Origin: an uncultured Dehalococcoidales bacterium
Lineage (GTDB): Bacteria; Chloroflexota; UBA6077; FW602-bin22
NCBI GenBank assembly: GCA_964536925.1
Contig: CAZHZF010000001.1
Span: forward strand, 150 to 64,149
Direction: 5' to 3'
DNA length: 64,000 nucleotides
Below, piece by piece: positions 1 through 9,845 of this stretch. The stretch's first letter is position 1; every line of letters starts with the position of its first letter. The translations under genes and the position numbers were made by a program. The notes beneath the pieces were generated by a model. It worked only from the letters and a program-made list of their open reading frames with translations, did not search any database and had not been told where the DNA came from.

Positions 1-2
1 TC

Positions 3-317
3 TCACAGCCCGGGACCGGCGATGCCGCCTACTTCGTCATGTGGGCGCAGCGCATTCTGGCTCACCCCCTGCCCTCGAACCGTCAGGTGCGGGCTGGCGG
101 CCTCCACGGGATGGTCCTGGACCGCCTGCGTCGTCCATTCCACTCTCTGATCCGCTATTACGTGGACGCGCAAGCCGCACGCCAGGAAGAGATCGCAACC
201 TGGCTGATCCGAGCGGTGAGCGCGCTCGCGAGTGCCGACGCGGAGATCGCGCGCCTGAGGGCGCGTGTGGATCGCCTTGAGAAGGACCGCGGCGCGCTGC
301 CCCACAACGAACCATGA
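3..317 (+). CDS. 5'-truncated protein ending in a coiled-coil segment shared with neighbouring glycosyltransferases
   Basis: Frame is open from position 3 (SQPGTGDAAYFVMWAQR...RLRRPFHSLIRYYVDAQAARQEE...LRARVDRLE). Its stop overlaps the next ATG (ATGA 314-317). Confidence 0.7.
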   Translation, partial: SQPGTGDAAYFVMWAQRILAHPLPSNRQVRAGGLHGMVLDRLRRPFHSLIRYYVDAQAARQEEIATWLIRAVSALASADAEIARLRARVDRLEKDRGALPHNEP

Positions 318-1426
318 AGGTCGGCGTGACACCGCCCGATTGGAGTCACCTGAAATCCCTCCTCGCCGGAGGCAGGCTCGTACAACTGATTTCCGACCTT
401 TCTGCCGGCGACGCGGTCAGTGAGGATGCGATCGCCTGGCAGCGCGCGTTGGAGCGCGCCGGGATCGATGCGCCGATCTACGGCCGGACTATCGTTGCCG
501 GCCACGGGTCGCGCGCGTGGCCGATCCACCGCCTGCGTCTGACGCCGCACGACGTGCCGATCCTCCATTACTCGGTCTGGTCGGAAGCCGCCGATCTTGT
601 GGCGACGCTTCAGCGCCCCACGATCCTCGACTACCAGAACGTGACGCCGCCCGAGTTCTTCACGCAGTTCGAACCGTCGATGGTTGCGGAGACGTCTCGA
701 GGTCGTGCCGCACTGCGGACCATCGCGCCTCTATGCTCGCTCGCGATCGCGCGTTCCGAGTTCAGCGCGGGAGATCTTCGCGAGGCCGGATTCCGAGAAG
801 TCCGCACGCTCCCGATCGTCCTGCGGGCCGACGCGATGCACGATCGGGGTGAGGCGGTCGCCAATCCCGCGACCCTCCTCTACGCCGGTCGAGTCGTCCC
901 CAACAAACGCGTCGAAGATCTCCTCGCGATCCTGGCCTATTGCCGTCGTGTCCGACGGGACATCACGCTCGCCATCGTCGGCGCGTGTGATCCGGCCTCC
1001 GACTACTACCGCGCGCTCCATCGTTACGCCTTCCGACTCGGCGTAGACACCGCGGTCCGCTTCACAGGCAAGGTCCCTCGTGCGCGCTACGTCGCGGAGT
1101 TTCGGTGCGCTCAGGTCTTCGTGACGATGAGCGAGCACGAGGGTTTCGGCGTTCCGATCCTGGAGGCTTTTCGCGTCGATCTGCCGATTGTGGCGCGCGC
1201 GGCCGGTGCGATCCCCGAGGTCGTCGGCGATGCGGGGATCCTCATCGAAGGACGGAGGCCCGATATCGCGGCCGAAGTCATCCTCGAGGTTCTGGCCGAT
1301 CGCTCGCTGCGCAGTCGGATGATCGAGCGAGGCAAGGTGCGCGCCGCCCTCTACTCCGCCGATCGGGTGATCGCCCGTCTGGCCGATCTCTTGACCGATG
1401 GCGTCGAGGCGATCCGAGGACGGTAG
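314..1426 (+). CDS. GT4 (GT-B) glycosyltransferase
   Basis: LLYAGRVVPNKRVEDL and SEHEGFGVPILEAF motifs, typical of Glycos_transf_1. Confidence 0.9.
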   Translation: MKVGVTPPDWSHLKSLLAGGRLVQLISDLSAGDAVSEDAIAWQRALERAGIDAPIYGRTIVAGHGSRAWPIHRLRLTPHDVPILHYSVWSEAADLVATLQRPTILDYQNVTPPEFFTQFEPSMVAETSRGRAALRTIAPLCSLAIARSEFSAGDLREAGFREVRTLPIVLRADAMHDRGEAVANPATLLYAGRVVPNKRVEDLLAILAYCRRVRRDITLAIVGACDPASDYYRALHRYAFRLGVDTAVRFTGKVPRARYVAEFRCAQVFVTMSEHEGFGVPILEAFRVDLPIVARAAGAIPEVVGDAGILIEGRRPDIAAEVILEVLADRSLRSRMIERGKVRAALYSADRVIARLADLLTDGVEAIRGR

Positions 1427-1433
1427 GGCCGCT

Positions 1434-3476
1434 TTACGTTCGCCGCACCTCGTACAGACCGATTGGGTATGCATAGGGACGGGTCGCCCGCGGCATTCTT
1501 TCGGATTCAAGGACGATCTCTTCCAGTGGGGGGGAGAACCTGCGGGCGCGCTGCCAGAGGCGTCCATAGGCCGGGACAGTCAGCGCCTCCCCCTCACGAA
1601 AGAGATAGAGCGGTTTTCCGGCGCTCTCCCAATACGTCAGCGCCCGCTCGATCGCGTCCGGACCTCCGGGTCTCTCGTACAGGATGAACGACGCGCGCTC
1701 GCCGATGAACTGCAGGGGCGCGGAGAAACGCCATCCGGCGAGGTCATCGTCGAACAGCACGATCGCATTCGGCGGGAGGTCCGCGGTCATCGCATGGATC
1801 AGCTCGGTCGCGCCGCGGTACTCCCTCAACGTGACGAGCGGTCCCCAGCCAGTCACCGTCCATGCGAGCGTGCCAATCGTCAGCATCGCCGGAATCGCGG
1901 CGGTGACACGGGACTGCACCGCTGTCCACCGGTTGAGGGCGGGTGCGCCGCGCATGGAGGCGAGCGCGATACCCGCTCCGAGAACGATCGCCGGCACGGT
2001 CATGGTGAGCCAGCGGCGCGCCGCCCACGGATACTCCGGATGGATGCGGGGATCGAGCATCACCAGCGCGAAGTCGATCGCGAACGATGCCAGTAGGAGG
2101 CCGGTGACCGGCGTGGCGCAGCGGCGCCAGAGCAGGACGAGACCCGCCAGACCCAGGGCGACTCCCGCCGGAGTGAGGAACCAACCCAGACGAGGGAGCG
2201 CCTCGAGCCGGTTGCGGATGGCGACGCTCGCCTCCCGGGTCAGACCGCTCGTCTCTCCGCCGAGATCGAGCGGCCGGACGAACCACAGCCACACGGCGGC
2301 GATCACGATCGCCGCCAGGGCCGCGCGCCATAGCCCGTCTTGTGCCCTGCCCCGCAAGGTCTGGACGCGTGTGGCGAGGTCGATCCGCCGGAATCCGGTG
2401 ATGACCAGGATGATGGCGGCCCCACCGAGAGGAAGGATCCAGAGGGGCACACCATCGCGCGCGCCGGGTATCTGGCCCGCCACGTAGAACGGCGCGACGA
2501 TCGAGTTGTGCGCGATCGCGTGCGCGACCGGCCCAAGCGAACCCGCCGCCAACCACGGCAGCACCCCGGCGCGGGCTCGGAGGATCACGGCGCATCCCCA
2601 CACCGCCGCCAGCGCCACGAGCGGGAGAACAGCCTCCAGCCTGGCCAGCCCTCCGATCCCCAGCGTCATTCCGGCCAGCAGTGCGAGCCATCGCGAATCG
2701 CGGCGCTCCGCGAGCAGCGCGCCGAGGATGCCCGCCAGTAGCGTCGCCTGTGACAGCGTCTCCGCAGCCGGATATCGGCCGAACCAGACTTGCAGCGGGT
2801 TGACCAGGAGAAGCGCGCCAGCGGCGAGGCCCGCCGCGCCTCCCGCGAGCGCTCGAGCCAGGAGCGACAGCGCGACGATGGATCCCAGGGCGAAGAGCGG
2901 CGGTACGTGGAGACCCGCGTCGATCCCTCCCGCGGACATCCCCACCGCAATCGCTGCCGGCAGGAGGTGGAGCCCGTGCGGAACAACGAGGCCGGAGTCG
3001 GCGTCCGCGCGCGCCATGTAGAAGCCCTTGAGCCGATTGACGTGGGAGCCGGGCGCGAGGGGCGGGCCGAACACGGCATCGCGCGCGTCGGCGGGAAGGG
3101 CCGCCACTTCCGGGTCGACCCAGAGGATCGAGCCGTTTCGGGCTATGTGCGCCGCGGTGGAGACGTACACGCCCGGATCGAGGCCACCGAGAACGTACTC
3201 GTGGGGACGCAGGTACACGATCGCGCCCAGGAGGATGAGCCCGCCGAGCGCGAACGTGAAGGGACGATCGATCGTCACCCAGGCTCCCGTACCAGGCCAG
3301 CGCCACACCAAAACGGCAAAGCCGATGGGCACGACGAAAGTGGGGTAGGCGCCGATCCCGCGTGGGTACCAGCCCAGGTCGGCCAGAATCAGGGAGATCC
3401 AGGCGGAGAGGATCAACCCTACAAGAGCGGCGAACGCCGCTCGATCGAGGCTATCGCCGCGGTAGGCCCGGCTCAT
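1434..3476 (-). CDS. Polytopic membrane protein, probable GT-C (PMT/ArnT-like) lipid-linked-sugar transferase
   Basis: More than 10 hydrophobic helices, an acidic GGLDPGVY loop after the N-terminal helices, a WFGRYPAAETL motif and a soluble C-terminal domain. Lies inside the GT cluster. Confidence 0.65.
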   Translation of the reverse strand: MSRAYRGDSLDRAAFAALVGLILSAWISLILADLGWYPRGIGAYPTFVVPIGFAVLVWRWPGTGAWVTIDRPFTFALGGLILLGAIVYLRPHEYVLGGLDPGVYVSTAAHIARNGSILWVDPEVAALPADARDAVFGPPLAPGSHVNRLKGFYMARADADSGLVVPHGLHLLPAAIAVGMSAGGIDAGLHVPPLFALGSIVALSLLARALAGGAAGLAAGALLLVNPLQVWFGRYPAAETLSQATLLAGILGALLAERRDSRWLALLAGMTLGIGGLARLEAVLPLVALAAVWGCAVILRARAGVLPWLAAGSLGPVAHAIAHNSIVAPFYVAGQIPGARDGVPLWILPLGGAAIILVITGFRRIDLATRVQTLRGRAQDGLWRAALAAIVIAAVWLWFVRPLDLGGETSGLTREASVAIRNRLEALPRLGWFLTPAGVALGLAGLVLLWRRCATPVTGLLLASFAIDFALVMLDPRIHPEYPWAARRWLTMTVPAIVLGAGIALASMRGAPALNRWTAVQSRVTAAIPAMLTIGTLAWTVTGWGPLVTLREYRGATELIHAMTADLPPNAIVLFDDDLAGWRFSAPLQFIGERASFILYERPGGPDAIERALTYWESAGKPLYLFREGEALTVPAYGRLWQRARRFSPPLEEIVLESERMPRATRPYAYPIGLYEVRRT

Positions 3477-4696
3477 TCCTCGTGAGAGCGATTCTTGCGC
3501 TCGCGATGCTCGAGGCTCAGCAGCCGCGACTCGAGGTCACGCAGTATCCCGGCGACCTGCCGGTTGATCTCGTCCTGCTGCCGCAGCGCCGGTTCGACGT
3601 ACCACCGTGTGGAGACCTCGTTCCACCGGCGACGCACAAACGTGATCAGGGCGCCCGCGAAGGGGAGGCGCGACGCAAGTGTGCCAGGCTTAAGCGGCTC
3701 GGTCAGCGGCCGGGCCACCGACGAGACAGGTGGCGGGATCTCCCCCTCCGCAAGCGTGTGGAGGATCCGTGCGATTTCGCGGCGCGACTCTGTTCTGTCG
3801 CCAGGGTCCGTCTGGAGTCGCTCCGACCATCGGGCCCAGACCGCGCGCAAAATGACTCGCTCTTCGTCCGTCGCGGCGAGTGCGGCCAGACCACGTTCGG
3901 CGAATGGCAGGTCGCGGATCACCTCCGGTTGAGAGCGATGGCGGAGCATGAACCTGAGGCGGCCCTCATGATGGTTGCCCAGCTTGGCGGGCATATCGCG
4001 ATTCGCCACGGTCGACTCGTCGTGTGTGCCTCGGACACGTGGACTCACGACGATGCGCCACCCCGCTTGCCGGGCCCGAAAGCAGAGGTCAGCATCCTCG
4101 TAGTAGAGGAAGTACGCCTCATCAAATCCGCCGATCGACTCCACCATCGCCCGCCGCACGGCGATCGCAGCGCCCGTGACGAACTCGACATCCCGGAGCG
4201 CCTCCGCACCCGACGACATCTCGATCCGGTCATCGTGGAAGGGCGAGCAATCGGGCATGCGCATCCGACCGCCGAAATGCTGGATCGACCCGTCGCGTCG
4301 GCGGAGCAGACAGCCAACGATCCCGATCCGGAGATCCGAGCCAAACACGTCGAGGACGGCAGAAACGGCACCCGACTCCAGGCGAACGTCCGGATTGAGG
4401 ACCAGGGCGATCTCCGTCTCCAGCGCTGCGATTCCCTGATTCGCCGCGCGGGCGAATCCAAGATTCTCCGCGTTCGCGATGCACCGAACCCCTCGCTCGG
4501 CCGCCACCTGTGGAGTCCCGTCGGACGACGCGTTGTCGACGACGATGATGTCTGCCAGTCGCGTCGTCTGACCTTCGAGGGCGTCCAGGCAGACGCCGAG
4601 GTCAGCTCCGGGGTTGTGGCTGACGATCACCGCGCCGACTCGCGGTTGCGGCTCGGCAGCGCCCGTGTCTTTCACAGCGGTACGCAATCGTCGCAC
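3473..4696 (-). CDS. GT2 glycosyltransferase (rhamnosyltransferase-like) with C-terminal coiled coil
   Basis: VIVSHN, IIVVDNASSDGT, NLGFARAANQG, LNPD and YFLYYEDADLCFR motifs. Start is probably GTG 4696 or 4675, not 4807. Confidence 0.88.
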   Translation of the reverse strand: MRRLRTAVKDTGAAEPQPRVGAVIVSHNPGADLGVCLDALEGQTTRLADIIVVDNASSDGTPQVAAERGVRCIANAENLGFARAANQGIAALETEIALVLNPDVRLESGAVSAVLDVFGSDLRIGIVGCLLRRRDGSIQHFGGRMRMPDCSPFHDDRIEMSSGAEALRDVEFVTGAAIAVRRAMVESIGGFDEAYFLYYEDADLCFRARQAGWRIVVSPRVRGTHDESTVANRDMPAKLGNHHEGRLRFMLRHRSQPEVIRDLPFAERGLAALAATDEERVILRAVWARWSERLQTDPGDRTESRREIARILHTLAEGEIPPPVSSVARPLTEPLKPGTLASRLPFAGALITFVRRRWNEVSTRWYVEPALRQQDEINRQVAGILRDLESRLLSLEHRERKNRSHEE

Positions 4697-4760
4697 AGGT
4701 TGTCCGGCCGCGTCGGCGGCACGGGAGGATGTGGCCGCTCCGTTGGCGTACCCTAAGGCA

Positions 4761-6287
4761 GTGCCCCAGGGCGAAGACATCGATCGTCTGCATCGGCGCC
4801 TCCGCAACGAAGTGTGGAATGGCGTGCGGTTCCAGGAGTTTGCCTGGCCCGATATCAGCCTGCGATCGATCGCACGCGATGGCGCCGGGACAGTCGCGCG
4901 CGCCGTTGCGCGTCTGCGACAGCCGTTCCACGATCTGGCCCGCTACTACGCCGAACGTGCCGCACGGGTGGCGATCGACACCGATCGTCGGGTCCACGCT
5001 GACCTCGTGCACAGGGTTGAACTGCTGCGGAGCGATATCGAGCGCGTTCTCGCCGACACTGCGGCCTCTCGCGACTTCGCTCGATCGCCAGACGCGGTTA
5101 ACCCGGTCGGCGGATCTGGTCCGAGGCGGCGCGTTCTCTGCGTCGTGCAGCGCTACGGCCGCGGTGGCGCCGAGCTCGTCTGTCAGGCGGTTGCCGAACG
5201 CCTGGCAATGCGCCACGATGTCACCGTTCACACGACCTGTGCTCTCAGCGATCGTACGTGGGCAAACGAGCTGCCCGCCGGTGCCGAGGTGGTCAACGGT
5301 GTCCGGGTCGTTCGGTTCTCGACCACGCGGAACCGCGACCCGGATGCGACCCTGATGGAGATCCCCCACGACCCGCCGGCACAGCGAGTCGCGGATCTCG
5401 CCTGGCTCGCCGCACAGGGTCCGCACGCACCGACGCTGCTCGAGGCGCTCCGTCGCGAGGCTACCTCGTTCGATGCGACCCTCTTCTTCACGTACCTGTA
5501 TGAGCCCACGGTCCTGGGGATACTGGCGGCCCCGGAGCGTTCCATACTGGTCCCGACCGCGCACGATGAGGATGCGCTGCGCGTCCCGGCGATTGCCGAG
5601 GCGTTTCGGGCAGCGCGCTACCTCGTCTTCCTCACACCAGCGGAGCGCGACCTGGTCACGCGGACACTGCAAGAGATCTCCGCACCTCACACGATCGCGT
5701 CAATCGGGATGAATGGCACCGCCGCCGGCGATGGGCGCCGGTTCCGCGAGCGACACGCCCTCGGCTCGGAGACCGTCTTCCTCTACGTGGGCCGGGTCGA
5801 TGCCGGAAAGGGCTGCGCCGATCTCGTTCACCACTGGCGGGCGAACGCCTTGCCGGCATCCCGACTGGTGCTGGTTGGCGAGGATCGCCTCGGTCTCAGC
5901 GGCGGCGATGGGATACTCTCCCTCGGATACCTCATGGATGAGGAGCGCGCCGACGCGTACGCGGGGGCCGACGTGTTCGTCCAGCCATCCGCGCTCGAGA
6001 GTCTCTCCCTCGTTCTCCTCGAGGCATGGCAGTACGGCCTCCCCGCGATGGTGAATCAGCGATCGCCGGTACTCCTCGACCACGTGCGAAGGGCGCAGGG
6101 CGGCCTGTATTACGGCGACGCCGACGATTTCGGCGCGATCGCGCGTTACCTGATCGCACGACCTGACGAGCGGCGGCGCCTCGGCGTCAATGGCGCCACG
6201 TATGTCGCCCGCGAGTACACCTGGGAGAAGTTCGACCCGATCTGGGATGCGGCGATCGAGGCGGTCGCGACGCGACCCACTCAGTGA
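4761..6287 (+). CDS. GT4 glycosyltransferase with N-terminal coiled-coil extension
   Basis: RYG..GGAE, LYVGRVDAGKG and PSALESLSLVLLEAW motifs. GTG 4761 was chosen; it lies 6 nt after TACCCT. Confidence 0.88.
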   Translation: MPQGEDIDRLHRRLRNEVWNGVRFQEFAWPDISLRSIARDGAGTVARAVARLRQPFHDLARYYAERAARVAIDTDRRVHADLVHRVELLRSDIERVLADTAASRDFARSPDAVNPVGGSGPRRRVLCVVQRYGRGGAELVCQAVAERLAMRHDVTVHTTCALSDRTWANELPAGAEVVNGVRVVRFSTTRNRDPDATLMEIPHDPPAQRVADLAWLAAQGPHAPTLLEALRREATSFDATLFFTYLYEPTVLGILAAPERSILVPTAHDEDALRVPAIAEAFRAARYLVFLTPAERDLVTRTLQEISAPHTIASIGMNGTAAGDGRRFRERHALGSETVFLYVGRVDAGKGCADLVHHWRANALPASRLVLVGEDRLGLSGGDGILSLGYLMDEERADAYAGADVFVQPSALESLSLVLLEAWQYGLPAMVNQRSPVLLDHVRRAQGGLYYGDADDFGAIARYLIARPDERRRLGVNGATYVAREYTWEKFDPIWDAAIEAVATRPTQ

Positions 6288-7585
6288 TCCCCGCGCGCCT
6301 CGCGCCGAGCGATCGCCAGTGATTCGTGCCCGCTCCGCATGAAGGCCGGTCGGACCCTCTCATAGACCCGATCCCAGGTATGGCGCTCGCGGACCCGGCG
6401 CGCGCCGTGCTGCGCCATCCGCGCTCGCAGACCCGCGTCGGAGAGGAGTCGCGCGATTGCATGCTCGATCGCGTCCACATCGCCAAACGGCACCACCAGG
6501 CCGGAGCGCTCGTGTTCGACCACGTCACCCACACCGCCCGCGTCGGCCGCGACCACCACCTTGCCGTTCAGCCACGCCTCCAGGAACACGATGCCGAAGG
6601 AGTCGGTGCGACTCGGCAAGACGAGGAGGTCGATCGCAGCGAGCAGACCTCGCTTCTCATCGTCCGAAGCGGATGGCAGGACAACGATCCGCTGTCGTGT
6701 CGTCTCGGGCAGAGTTCCCAGGAACGTGGCGAATGGATCGGTCATCGCGCCTGCCATCACCAGTCGCGCCACCCCGCCGCGCGCCCAGTGAGTTTCCATC
6801 GCCCGAACCGCGTGGTCCGCGCCCTTGTCGAACGCGAGTGTCCCCAGGAAGCCCACCAGCGGACCAGGCAGGTCGTGACGCGCGCGAAAGGCGTTCCCGT
6901 CGCCCCCGATGACGGCGTCGGGGTCGACTCCCGCGCCGCCGGTCCAGAGTCTCGCCTCATTCAGGCCCCGGTCCACGTAGAACCGCGCCTCCGTGGGCGT
7001 CTGGATCAGAACGCCATCGGCCGAACACACCAGACCCACCTGATGCTGCATCGTGTAATAGCGACGGACCGAGCCTCCCGCCGACTCGCCCAGATGCGTC
7101 AGGGGCGACATGAGGAACGGCGCGCCGGCGTTGCGGGCGTGGTCGCGTGCCGGGAACAGGAGCGCCTCCAACGCGATGTTCATGCCGTGGACGACATCGA
7201 ATCGACCGGCCGACTCGTCGAGTGCGCTCCGCAGTCCCGGCACGAACGGCGCGGCCAGGCAGAGGCGCGCGAGCAGTCCCCCCGTCCCTGGTACGCGATC
7301 GATCTCGGCGAGCAGCCGACGCGCAGCGCGAAATCCGATTCCCGGCGGGGGAAGATGCCGGATCGGGAACCGCTCGATGCGTACGCCATTGTGGACCTCG
7401 CTCTCGCGAGAGATGCGCGCCTTGCGATGATCCCAGAGATAGGCGAGGTCCAGTGCGTCGGTCGTGAAGACGGTGACGTCGAACCCCTCCGCGGCCTGGC
7501 GCTCCGCGTACGCCTGAAGGTGGATCTCCGCCCCGCTGACCACCGGCCAGTAGCGGATGTTGACGTGCAGGATGCGGTGGGGCAC
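6281..7585 (-). CDS. GT4 glycosyltransferase
   Basis: YWPVVSGAE, FLGTLAFDKG and PSRTDSFGIVFLEAW motifs. Start GTG 7585; the ORF track's longer N-terminus overlaps the M24 gene. Confidence 0.88.
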   Translation of the reverse strand: MPHRILHVNIRYWPVVSGAEIHLQAYAERQAAEGFDVTVFTTDALDLAYLWDHRKARISRESEVHNGVRIERFPIRHLPPPGIGFRAARRLLAEIDRVPGTGGLLARLCLAAPFVPGLRSALDESAGRFDVVHGMNIALEALLFPARDHARNAGAPFLMSPLTHLGESAGGSVRRYYTMQHQVGLVCSADGVLIQTPTEARFYVDRGLNEARLWTGGAGVDPDAVIGGDGNAFRARHDLPGPLVGFLGTLAFDKGADHAVRAMETHWARGGVARLVMAGAMTDPFATFLGTLPETTRQRIVVLPSASDDEKRGLLAAIDLLVLPSRTDSFGIVFLEAWLNGKVVVAADAGGVGDVVEHERSGLVVPFGDVDAIEHAIARLLSDAGLRARMAQHGARRVRERHTWDRVYERVRPAFMRSGHESLAIARREARGDH

Positions 7586-7614
7586 TGGCGCCTCAGCAGC
7601 CGGCGCCGGGTCTC

Positions 7615-8793
7615 TCAGGCAATGTCGAGATCCGCATGGCTGATCAGCCGCCCTCGATCGGTCTCGACCACGCAGATATCCTCGATGCGGCAGCCGCCGA
7701 CGCCAGGAATGTAGACCCCGGGTTCGATGCTGTGGACGTGCCCGGCCTCCAGGGTATGCGTCGAGTGCGGCGCCACGAACGGGATCGGCTCGTGATACCG
7801 GAAGCCGATCCCGTGGCCGGTGTGATGCACGAAGGCGTCGCCCAGGCCCGCCGCCGCGATGATCGATCGGCCCGCCGCGTCCACATCGACACCGGTCGCC
7901 CCCGCGCGCACCGCGCCGGCCGAGGCCGCGTGCGCCTCTCGCACGAGGGCGAACAGATCCCGCTTCTGCTGATTGGCAGTGCCCGCACATACGGTGCGGG
8001 TCAGGTCGGACCAGTATCCGTCCACCACGACACCGAGTTCGATGACCACCAGGTCGCCTCGCTCGAGCCGCCGTGCCGATGACAGCGGATAGTTCCAGTT
8101 GCCGGCCGTGGCGAGACCCGAGGTCACCTGTGCCCAGGCGAAGGCGTGCCGTGCCCCGCGATATCCCGGGCCGCCCACGCGTACCGCGCTCTCCACGGCC
8201 GCGGACACGTCGACCTCACGGTTGCCGGGCTGCGCGTGCTCCTTGAAGGCGATCAGTCCGAGCGACGCCACTTCGCTGGCGACCTCTAGCCTCTCGATCT
8301 CACGGGCGGTCTTGCGCGCACGCAGAGCGTAGAGAAGTTCGGTCGCGTCGATCGGCTCGCATGCGAAGGCCTCGCCGATCAGCGCCTGCCCAGGACCCCC
8401 GACGCCCGTCGGTTCGCCCGAGAGCGCGTTCGGCGCGATCGTCTCGAAGCGTCCCTCGATACCGATCCGCCCACCTCTGAGACCGCGTTCCTCGGCGATA
8501 GTTCGCGCGAGACGGAGAAGGTGGGCCGGCGGAAGCTCGTACCGATTCTGCCACGTATCGTATTCGCGGACATCGTCGATCCACCCGCGATCGACAAACT
8601 CCCGCTCGAAGCGCGGTGCGATGAGCACCGGTTCGCCGACGCGGGGAAAGATCGCCATCGACGCGCCAGCGACCGAGTAGTAACCACTGAGCAGGACGAT
8701 ATTCTCGGCAAGGCGGCAGACGAGGGCATCGAGCCCTGAAGCCTCGAGCGCCTCCCGAATTCGCAACCATCGTTCGCGATCGGGTTCACCCAT
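7615..8793 (-). CDS. Xaa-Pro aminopeptidase / M24 family peptidase
   Basis: Creatinase-type N-domain, then GYWSDLTRT, HHTGHGIG..HEP, SIEPGVY and GCRIED motifs. ATG 8793 with GGAGG SD. Confidence 0.9.
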   Translation of the reverse strand: MGEPDRERWLRIREALEASGLDALVCRLAENIVLLSGYYSVAGASMAIFPRVGEPVLIAPRFEREFVDRGWIDDVREYDTWQNRYELPPAHLLRLARTIAEERGLRGGRIGIEGRFETIAPNALSGEPTGVGGPGQALIGEAFACEPIDATELLYALRARKTAREIERLEVASEVASLGLIAFKEHAQPGNREVDVSAAVESAVRVGGPGYRGARHAFAWAQVTSGLATAGNWNYPLSSARRLERGDLVVIELGVVVDGYWSDLTRTVCAGTANQQKRDLFALVREAHAASAGAVRAGATGVDVDAAGRSIIAAAGLGDAFVHHTGHGIGFRYHEPIPFVAPHSTHTLEAGHVHSIEPGVYIPGVGGCRIEDICVVETDRGRLISHADLDIA

Positions 8794-8835
8794 CTCAGCC
8801 TCCGCGGATCGGCGCGAGTTTACACTTGAGGTGCG

Positions 8836-8955
8836 ATGAGGAATCGGCGGCAGACGACGCGAGCGCAGCGGGTCTTCGCCATCCTGGCGCTGATCGTGAT
8901 CGTCTCGATGCTGCTCTCGACGCTCATACCCGTCGTGGCAACGCCCGGCCCTTAA
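8836..8955 (+). CDS. 39-aa single-pass membrane peptide (below the ORF-track cutoff)
   Basis: Manual translation MRNRRQTTRAQRVFAILALIVIVSMLLSTLIPVVATPGP*. Upstream are TACACT (8821-8826) and GAGG. Basic N-terminus followed by about 20 hydrophobic residues. Confidence 0.6.
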   Translation: MRNRRQTTRAQRVFAILALIVIVSMLLSTLIPVVATPGP

Positions 8956-9845
8956 TCCTCGTATCCCGCGGTCCGTATCCGCCGGTACGATGCGAGTCGA
9001 TCGGGGTGAATCTCGCCGCGCTCGGTCGCCGTCGCGATGGCGCAACCGGGCTCGCCCAGGTGCGCGCAGTTCGTGAAGCGGCAGCGGCCCAGCGCGGCGC
9101 GGAACTCCACGAAGTGCGGCGCGAGTTCATCAGACGCAACCCCCGGCAGCGCGAGTGCGCGCACCCCGGCCGTGTCGGCCAGGTAACCCGAGCCGAAGCG
9201 CACCAGACGGGCACCGCGCGTCGTGTGTTTGCCTTTGCCGGAGGACTGGCTGAGCGGTCCTACCGCCATGTCCGAGCCCGAGACCCGGTTGATGAGGCTC
9301 GTCTTGCCAACGCCCGATGGCCCAGCGAGAACCGCGATCCTCCCCGCCAGAGCGTCCACGATCGGACCGATGCCCGCGCCCGTTCGTACCGAGATCGGGA
9401 ACACCGGGTATCCGATCGCGCGGTAGGGATCGAAGCGGGAGAGGAGTCCGCCGCGAGGGTCGAGATCGATCTTGTTCACGCAGACGATCGCGTGCAGGTC
9501 GTGGTAGGAGGCGAGGATCAGGAACCGATCGAGCATGCCCAGGTGAGGCTCCGGTTCACATACCGCGAAGACCGCCACGAGGTGGGTCGCGTTCGCCAGG
9601 ATTACCTGCGGACTATGCCCCGGGAGGATCGCGGCGCGGGTCAGGACCGAGCTTCTGGGCAGGACCTCGGTGATCGCGGCCGTACCAGGTGCCGCCGGAA
9701 GAATGACGACCCGATCGCCCACGGCGATCCCCTGGCGCTGATGCTTCAGGCGTCCGCGCGCGGTGCATCGGAAGAACTCCGCGTCGCACTCCACATCGTG
9801 GAATAGCCCGTGGGAGCGCACCACGGTGCCCGATCGCGTGCTCAG
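8952..9845 (-). CDS. rsgA: Ribosome small subunit-dependent GTPase A
   Basis: OB-fold N-terminus, circularly permuted NKID / GPSGVGKTS / DTAG motifs, and Zn site CRFTNCAHLGEPGC. Start uncertain (CTG 9845 overlapping the upstream stop, or a nearby GTG). Confidence 0.92.
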   Translation of the reverse strand: MSTRSGTVVRSHGLFHDVECDAEFFRCTARGRLKHQRQGIAVGDRVVILPAAPGTAAITEVLPRSSVLTRAAILPGHSPQVILANATHLVAVFAVCEPEPHLGMLDRFLILASYHDLHAIVCVNKIDLDPRGGLLSRFDPYRAIGYPVFPISVRTGAGIGPIVDALAGRIAVLAGPSGVGKTSLINRVSGSDMAVGPLSQSSGKGKHTTRGARLVRFGSGYLADTAGVRALALPGVASDELAPHFVEFRAALGRCRFTNCAHLGEPGCAIATATERGEIHPDRLASYRRIRTAGYED

